Shown: in pieces, positions 55,830 to 64,000 of the stretch
Layout of the letters: every line of letters starts with the position of its first letter
How positions within the stretch are numbered: the stretch's first letter is position 1
Source: Eledone cirrhosa
Lineage: Eukaryota
NCBI GenBank assembly: GCA_964016885.1
Contig: OZ024741.1
Location: forward strand, 216,132,001-216,196,000
Direction: 5' to 3'
Length of the DNA: 64,000 bases
Notes under the pieces: generated by a model
Seen by the model: the letters and a program-made list of their open reading frames with translations, nothing else
Databases searched by the model: none
Told to the model about the DNA's origin: nothing
Program-made: the position numbers and the translations under genes

Positions 55830-58800
55830 ATCAGATCAAGCAATTAGCACAAAGTCAGGGCTGGGGCGGAATCACTGACAGCAGAACAAATTAAAGAAAG
55901 GATCGAAAAAGTGGAGGGAGTGCATGCTCAAGATGAAACTCAAAATGAAAACAATGAGATCGTAAATGATAAAGAAATGAATGAGAATGAACTTTCCAAC
56001 TTGAAGGATGAAATTATGATCGAATGGATAAAAATGAAAGAATCTGACATGGGGGAACGAGACACTCTCCCTAAGATCCAGAACTCCAAACAGAACCAAA
56101 AGATAATGCACAAGACTAACATAATTCTCAAAACCATTATCATCACAAACTAAACATTACTGATCTAAATCATCTCTATTATGCATCGGCTAAAGTCACC
56201 ACTCACTTATGTGGAGTGAAAATGAAAAAAACAAAGGAATTCCCACAAGAAACCTACTTGGAAAGAGAACATCAATCGCCAAATAAACCTTCTCCGATCT
56301 GACATAGAAATTTTAACAAACTACAAAGTAGGTGAACATGTTAAACAAACTAAACTTAGAAAATTGAAAAGAAAATACAGTATAAAATCAACAAGTGACA
56401 TAGACATGCTGATAGAAATAATCAAGCAAAAAGTGTCGGCCAAAGCTGCACGTATAAGGCGCTTTGAAAGACGATCTAGATTCTATAAGGACAATAATAT
56501 GTTCAAAAGCAACCAAAGAAACTTGTACAGAAAAATTGGCAAGTCAACAATAACTGCTAAATCAATACCACCCAAGGAGGAAGTGCAAGAATTCTGGGAA
56601 AAGATCTGGGCCGAAGAAAAAGTTCATAATAAACATGACCCTTGAGGAACAAATATGGGAAAATATAACAGTTGAACAGTTGCGTTTGGCTCTTAGGAAA
56701 ACCAGCAAATGGAAATTCCCAGGAATAGACAAAATATCAAATTTTTGGATAAATGCCTTCACAGAGTCTCATGAGCTGTTAGCCCAACTTTACAATGAAA
56801 TAGTTAAGGAGCCAGAAAAGATACCATCATGGCTAGTTAACGGCATTACATTCCTGCTTCCGAAGAATGATGAGACAAACAATCCCAAAAATTACAGACC
56901 GATAACTTGCTTGACTACAATGTATAACATTTTAACATCAGTCCTAACTGAATATACATATGACCACCTGATAACAAATGATCTATTTCCCAATGAGCAG
57001 AAAGGGTGTAAACGAGGCTCGTATGGCTGTAAAAATCAGCTTTTGGTTAACAAAATGATGCTGGAAGATTGTCATAATAGACACAAAAATCTATCAATTG
57101 CTTGGATAGATTATACAAAAGCATTCGATAGTTTGCCACACAGTTGGATTGAAAAATGTTTAGAGATTTTCAAAATATCTCCCGTTGTCAGGAGGTTCCT
57201 GTCATTCAGTATGAAGACATGGAAAACGACACTCCTTTTGAATAGTGGAAAAAATCACTGGAAGCTGGAGAAGTTAATATTAATTGTTGAATTTTTCAGG
57301 GTGACTCTTTATCAACGCTTTTATTCTGCATCGCACTTATACCATTAAGTAAAATGCTCAATGAAACAAAACATGGATATAAAGTCTATGACAAAACCAT
57401 TAATCACTTGTTCTACATGGATGACCTGAAACTATTTGCAAAAAAATGATGAACAATTGCAAGGGCTATTATCCACTGTGAAGCAGTTCAGTGATGACAT
57501 TAAAATGGAGTTTGGACTCGATAAATGCGCCAAAGCCACGTTCACCAGAGGAAAGCTGCTGAAAAGTTCAGACATTAATCTTGATCGGGGGAATGTGATA
57601 AGAGAACTTGATCAAGAGGAAACTTACAAATATCTAGGTGTTTGTGAAGGAGACGGAATCAAGCACTCGACAATGAGGGAAAGGATAAGGAAGGAATGTT
57701 ACCGCAAAGTAAGAGCAATCTTAAGAACGGAATTGAATGCAAGGAATAGGATCGATGCCATAAACACGCTTGCCATACCAGTAGTAACCTACAGTTACAA
57801 TGTCATCAACTGGTCAAGCACAGAGATCCGTAGGCTCGATACAAAAATTAGAAAATTCTTAACCATGCACAGAATGTATCACCCTAAGGCAGATACAGAT
57901 AGAATATATCTCCCTAGGAAAGAAGGAGGATGTGGGTTAATCCAGTTAGATATTGCGTTGAAAAGTGCAACAATTGGATTATCTACATATCTAAGGGAAT
58001 CACATGATTGGATGATCAAACTCGTTTTGAAACACGAAAGCATCAAAAGATCATACTCCATTACAAAAGATGCACAAAGATACAGTAATGGACTACAAAT
58101 TTCAGAAGTCCCATTTACTGCTGAAATGGAAAACACAGAAAAAGCAAAGCAGGTAAAAGTAACTGCAAAGAAAGAACTGCTACAGAAACTGGCTAAGAAA
58201 TGGCAAGAAAAGCCTCTGTATGGAAAATACCCAGAAAGAGCTAACAATCCTGATGTTGACAAAACTTTAACCCATCAGTGGTTGGCATCCTCTGGACTGA
58301 AATCGGAGACTGAAGGACTGATTATATCAGCACAAGATCAGTGTCTGACAACAAAAAATTACCAAGCCAACATAATAAAAGATGGATACAACCCATTATG
58401 CCGTGTATGTAAAAAACAACCAGAGACCATTGATCATATAATTTCAATGTGCAGTCCTATAGCTCCAACCGAATACCTAAACAGGCATGACAGAGCTGCA
58501 CAATACATACATCGGATAATGTGTAAGCATTTTGACCTGCCCCATCAAAAGAATTGGTGGGAGCATCAACCACCTCCCATGCTTGAAAAAGATCACATCT
58601 CAATCTTGTGGAACTTTAGCATCCAAACAGACCGAAAAATAGATGCAAATAGACCTGATATAATATTGAAGGACTTTAAAAAGAGGGTATGCCTGCTAAT
58701 TGATATGTCTGTTCCAATAGACAAGAATGTATCTATAAAAACATTTGAAAAATTGAGCAAGTTTAAGGACCTGGAGATAGAAATTGGAAAAATGTGGAAA

Positions 58801-59100
58801 TTGAGAACTAAAACAATACCAGTGGTTGTAGGCGCTCTGGGAATGATACCTAAGGGAAACCCGCGTATAGGAGAAATACAAAAGATAGTACTAATGGGAA
58901 CTGCCCATATACTAAGGAAGATTCTGTCAATATAAGTACATCATAAGTCTAAACACTAAAGATGCATGTGTGAGTATGTATGTTCTTTCTTGAACATGGC
59001 GGACCTTGTTGTCTCTTGAGGACACTGGTTGTGACTTGGTGATAACTCGTATGAACATAAAGCAAGATAAATGCAACTGTAATAATAATAATAATAATAA
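55830..59100 (+). mobile_element. R4/Dong-clade non-LTR retrotransposon copy 2 (different family), decayed
   Basis: NYRPITCL, IDYTKAFDSLPH, HLFYMDDLKL (DNA about 57406-57435), CRVC..PETIDHIISMC, RHD, NRPD..LIDMSVP; (AAT)n tail 59080-59100. Confidence 0.9.
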
Positions 59101-59347
59101 TATAAAGAAGAAAAAGAAGAAGAATTAAAAGAAGAAGGCTATAATTGAAATAACAAATCGTAATTATTTTCGATTGATTGTTGTGCATTAATTAACATGA
59201 GATTAAAATGGATTCTCACCATACACTATTAAACGAGAATTAATTGAGACGGTGTTCAAGTGAATACGGAACGAATGCCGTAGTTATGTAGTTATTGGCA
59301 ACAGTCAGTAATGGGAACACACGTGAGATAATGCAACTATATATATA

Positions 59348-59384
<37 letters not shown>

Positions 59385-59388
<4 letters not shown>

Positions 59389-59493
59389 GAAGTAGTTGTG
59401 GTAAAGAAACAGATGGACCATAACGTACCAGAGTACTCGTCCAGAAATAGCCGTCGAAACGGCTTGAGCTCTGCCGTCGAGGTCATACTTTCT

Positions 59494-59497
<4 letters not shown>
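59385..59497 (-). mobile_element. Fold-back family A element, internally deleted
   Basis: Tail start fused to ccagaaatagccgtcgaaacggcttgagctctgccgtcg; (TA)n on both sides. Confidence 0.8.
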
Positions 59498-59584
<87 letters not shown>

Positions 59585-59797
59585 AATTGCATATATAAAT
59601 ACATAGATATATCCTCATCTACATTTCTGTCTCTTTGTCTCTGTATGTGTATATATATATATGCGAGACAAACCACAACAGAAACACAAACCCTCCATCT
59701 ATTTTAATTTTAACTTTGAAAAATCATAACTGTGAAACCGGTAAAGTAAATAAATAAATATTCTTAAAAGACTCAAGTTGCATTATCAAATTCTTTT

Positions 59798-59871
<74 letters not shown>

Positions 59872-60030
59872 CTGTCTGTCTGTGTGTGTGTGTGTCTGTC
59901 TGTGTGTGTGTGTGTGTGTGTCTGTGTGTGTGTGTCTGTGTGTGTATGTGTGTGTATGTGTGTGTGTGTGTGTGTGTGTGTATTACTACATACATATATA
60001 AATATGTTTTGAAACAACAAGCGAGTTTGA

Positions 60031-60231
60031 AATTAGAAATAGCTTTCGCCGTATTTTTTGCCTAAAGAAATTTTAGCCTAATAGTTGTGTCTCGAACCCT
60101 CTAAGAATTAAAAAAAGATGAGTATTGACGTCAATACTTATCTTTTTCCATTTCTCAGAGGGTTCTAAACACCACTATTAGGCTAAAGTTTCTTTAGTCA
60201 AAAAATACGGCGAAAGCTTCTATTTCTAATT
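60031..60231. mobile_element. Fold-back element (family F), ~100-bp arms
   Basis: Centred on gtattgacgtcaatac; arm ends aattagaaatagctttcgccgtattttt / aaaaatacggcgaaagcttctatttctaatt. Confidence 0.8.
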
Positions 60232-60244
60232 ACATATATTCATC

Positions 60245-60288
<44 letters not shown>

Positions 60289-60346
60289 ACTCTCTCTCTC
60301 TCTCGTTGTCTGACTCTCTCTCTGTCTCTCACTCTCTCTCTCTCTG

Positions 60347-60470
<124 letters not shown>

Positions 60471-61047
60471 TATATTTTGAGAATAAACTCTCAGTCGTTT
60501 ACAATAATTAAGCTCCAGGAAGGGGCTCTTCCGAGCAGTTAAATACATTTAAAATATATGATAAACACGAAATGTGTTTATATTGCAACAGACAAAGTTA
60601 GCCATTAATGAAATAAACTAATTAAAGTGAATACAATTTATCTGTCTCGATATAAGTCAATAAAGACAAGCTTATATTGGCAACGGCCATGATTCCTGGA
60701 CAGATTTAAATTTCAAAATTCAAACCTGTTCTGTAGACGAATTTGAACCTCGAAACCTAAATAAGTTTCGCAACGATGGTACGTGAATTGAAAAATAAAG
60801 AGAATCGAAATGGAATAGAAATAAAAGAGTGAAATATCCAAATCTTCTGTGCTTATCAACAGGAATCCAGTAAAATTAGTATATCTCACATCAAAAATTT
60901 TGCAGGTCTGACTACACGTGTGTAGGCAGGCCAAAACTAGCCGTCCAGCATTCACGGTGCTAGAAATAACAGCCGCTTATGCAGGATTAAGGATCAGCTC
61001 TACAATAAAGGAGCCATACATTATATTATATTTTGAGAATAAACTCT

Positions 61048-61238
61048 AACGAAGGAAATGTGGTAAGGAACCAGGTGGACCATAACGCACCAAAGTACTC
61101 AATACTTAGGGTAGTAGAGTGGGTAATAGGAACAAGTAAGACCCCGACGGCTGAGCTCAAGCCGTTTCGACGGCTAATTCTGAACTAAGAATTAGCCGTC
61201 GAAACGGCTTGAGCTCAGCCGTCGGGGTCTTACTTGTT

Positions 61239-61242
<4 letters not shown>
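61048..61242 (-). mobile_element. Fold-back family A element
   Basis: Tail plus perfect arms around aattctgaactaagaatt. Confidence 0.92.
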
Positions 61243-61300
<58 letters not shown>

Positions 61301-61361
61301 CATATACATATATATATCCCTTCCATATACTGTACCGATTGTGATGTTATTTCTGTTTAAC

Positions 61362-61505
<144 letters not shown>

Positions 61506-61508
61506 AAA

Positions 61509-61563
61509 GGCTTCTGCAGGAAGACCTAGAACTGTTTCATTCGGGAGAAATCATCAGGAAGCC
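61509..61563 (-). ncRNA. Type I hammerhead-like motif with mutated cleavage triplet
   Basis: Minus: ggcttc CTGATGA tttc tccc gaat GAAA cag ttctaggtcttc ctg CA gaagcc; perfect 6-bp stem I, but GCA instead of GUA. Confidence 0.65.
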
Positions 61564-61772
61564 GACTGTCCAAGTAATATGGTGGTATATATTTCTATTA
61601 TATATAATAGAAATTGGATTTAGCTTCAAGCATAGCTTTATACACATATGTATAGAAATTTCGTATTTCTAAAGAAAGACGGCATGGTTACAGGCAACAT
61701 TTAGGAAGCCGTAGCTATGCAAACACCGGGGCTAACGTCCTCTAGTGGTGCCCAGCAGAAGTAAGGCGGACA

Positions 61773-61816
61773 ACCGTCTATGCATTTCAGACTTGACTGG
61801 TATTCATCAGGACGAT
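61773..61816 (-). ncRNA. Minimal type I hammerhead motif
   Basis: Minus: atcgtc CTGATGA ataccagtcaagtct GAAA tgca TA gacggt; palindromic stem III ATGCAT, weak stem II. Confidence 0.68.
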
Positions 61817-61920
61817 CACTCCCGCTGCTGCTACTGCTGGACTTCATAACATCCCGATATATATCGGGAATTCATCTATGATTCAGACCCCACAGAGCCA
61901 TTAACAAATACTGTTACAGA

Positions 61921-62027
<107 letters not shown>

Positions 62028-62319
62028 TATATACATCTATATATACATCTAGATGTCAACGACTAAACCGGCAACCCCACTAAGATTGTTTGATGAGGAG
62101 GGTGATTTGGACATTCTTCGAGACGAAAAACAAAAGCCGTCATAAGGCGGAGGAAGACAGTATAGTGAACGGCCATCTATACAAACATGTACATATGTAC
62201 ATAGTTTTGTACGTTTATATATATTTATGTGGGTATATATTTCATCTTTAATCTTTCATATTTTTTAAAATACCTTTTAATATTTTTCCCTTTTAACATT
62301 TTAATCTTTTTATCTACAT

Positions 62320-64000
62320 AGGAGAAGGAGAACTACATTGTAAAGAAAGACAACTCCATTGTAAAGAAGAACTCCATTGTAAAGAAGGACAACTACATTA
62401 TACAGAAAGAGAACTCCATTGTAAAGAAGGAAACTCCATTGTAGAGAAAGAGAACTCAATTGTAGAGAAATAGAACTCCATTGTAAAGGAGAAGTCCATT
62501 GTAAAGAAGGAGAAGTCCATTGTAGAGAAGGAGAAGTCCATTGTAAAGAAAGAAAACTCCATTGTAAAGAAGGAGAAGTCCATTGTAGAGAAGGAGAAGT
62601 CCATTGTAAAGAAAGAAAACTCCATTGTAAAGAAGGAGAAGTCCATTGTAAAGAAAGAAAACTCCATTGTAAAGAAGGAGAAGTCCATTGTAAAGAAAGA
62701 GAACTCCATTGTAGAGAAAGAGAACTCCATTGTAGAGAAGGAGAACTCCATTGTAGAGAAGGAGAACTCCATTGTAAAGAAAGAGAACTCCATTGTAAAG
62801 AAAGAAAACTCCATTGTAAAGAACGAGAACTCCATTGTAGAGAAGAAGAACTCCATTGTAAAGAAGGAGAACTCCATTGTAAAGAAAGAGAACTCCATTG
62901 TAAAGAACGAGAACTCCATTGTAGAGAAGAAGAACTCCATTGTAAAGGAGAACTCCATTGTAAAGAAAGAGAACTCCATTGTAAAGAAAGAGAACTCCAT
63001 TGTAAAGAAGGAGAACTCCATTGTAAAGAAGGAGAACTCCATTGTAAAGAAAGAGAACTCCATTGTAAAGAAAGAGAACTCCATTGTAAAGAAGGAGAAC
63101 TCCATTGTAAAGAAGGAGAACTCCATTGTAAAGAAGGAGAACTCCATTGTAAAGAAAGAGAACTCCATTGTAAAGAAAGAGAACTCCATTGTAAAGAAGG
63201 AGAACTCCATTGTAAAGAAAGAGAACTCCATTGTAAAGAAGGAGAACTCCATTGTAAAGAAGGAGAACTCCATTGTAAAGAAAGAGAACTCCATTGTAAA
63301 GAAAGAGAACTCCATTGTAAAGAAGGAGAACTCCATTGTAAAGAAGGAGAACTTCATTGTAAAGAAGGAGAACTCCATTGTAGGGAGGATAAGTCCATTG
63401 TAGAGAAAGAGAACTCCATTGTAGAGAAAGAGAACTCCATTGTAAAGAAAAAGAACTCCATTGTAAAGAAGGAGAACTCCATTGTAGATAAGGGGAACTC
63501 CATTGTAAAGAAGGAGAACTCCATTGTAAAGAAGGAGAACTCCATTGTAGGGAGGATAACTCCATTGTAGGGAGGATAACTCCATTGCAGAGAAGGATAA
63601 CTCCATTGCAGAGAAGGATAACTCCATTGTAAAGAAAGAGAACTCCATTGTAGAGAAGAAGAACTCCATTGTAGAGAAAGAGAACTCCATTGTAGAGAAG
63701 GAGAACTCCATTGCAGAGAAGGATAACTCCATTGTAGAGAAGGAGAAGTCCATTGTAAAAAAAGAGAACTCCATTGTAAAGAAGGAGAACTCCATTGTAG
63801 AGAAGGAGAACTCCATTGCAGAGAAGGAGAACTCCATTGTAGAGAAGGAGAACTCCATTGTAAAGAAAGAAAACTCCATTGTAGAGAAGAAGAACTCCAT
63901 TGTAGAGAAAGAGAACTCCATTGTAGAGAAGGAGAACTCCATTGTAGAGAAAGAGAACTCCATTGTAGAGAAGGAGAACTCCATTGCAGAGAAGGATAAC
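62320..64000. repeat. 21-bp minisatellite (gagaactccattgtaaagaag variants), roughly 80 copies, runs off the window
   Basis: 7-aa periodicity MEFSFFT / LYNGVLL. Confidence 0.97.

Noticed and set aside
62088-62135. ttgatgaggag...cgagac as a hammerhead
   Set aside because: Core incomplete, and the homologous copy at about 24200-24330 lacks the motif.

Overview
Eukaryotic, AT-rich window dominated by repeats. I found no host gene that I can support. The tRNA-derived SINE families and very dense (TA)n/(CA)n/(GATA)n/(AAC)n tracts suggest a cephalopod, probably Octopus (inference from recall, not a database result). Real coding content is limited to five decayed non-LTR retrotransposons. Three are Tx1/L1-type (APE endonuclease + RT, minus strand): 1-2990, 44041-49475 and 49480-53050. 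Two are tandem R4/Dong-type (RT + CCHC + restriction-like endonuclease, plus strand): 53050-59100. Also present are non-autonomous Helitrons, SINEs, MITE-like elements and 21-, 47-, 81- and ~190-bp tandem arrays. The most interesting signal is invisible in the ORF track: more than a dozen short non-coding elements, most embedded in (TA)n, many built as a fold-back palindrome plus an unpaired tail. Several carry minimal type I hammerhead ribozyme motifs (CTGANGA-stem II-GAAA-palindromic stem III-TH). The best case is two inverted copies with intact cores at 33090-33380. In two families the fold-back axis lies in the putative hammerhead stem II. These look like non-autonomous Penelope-like or retrozyme-type families. 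All folding and alignment was done by eye, so boundaries are approximate.
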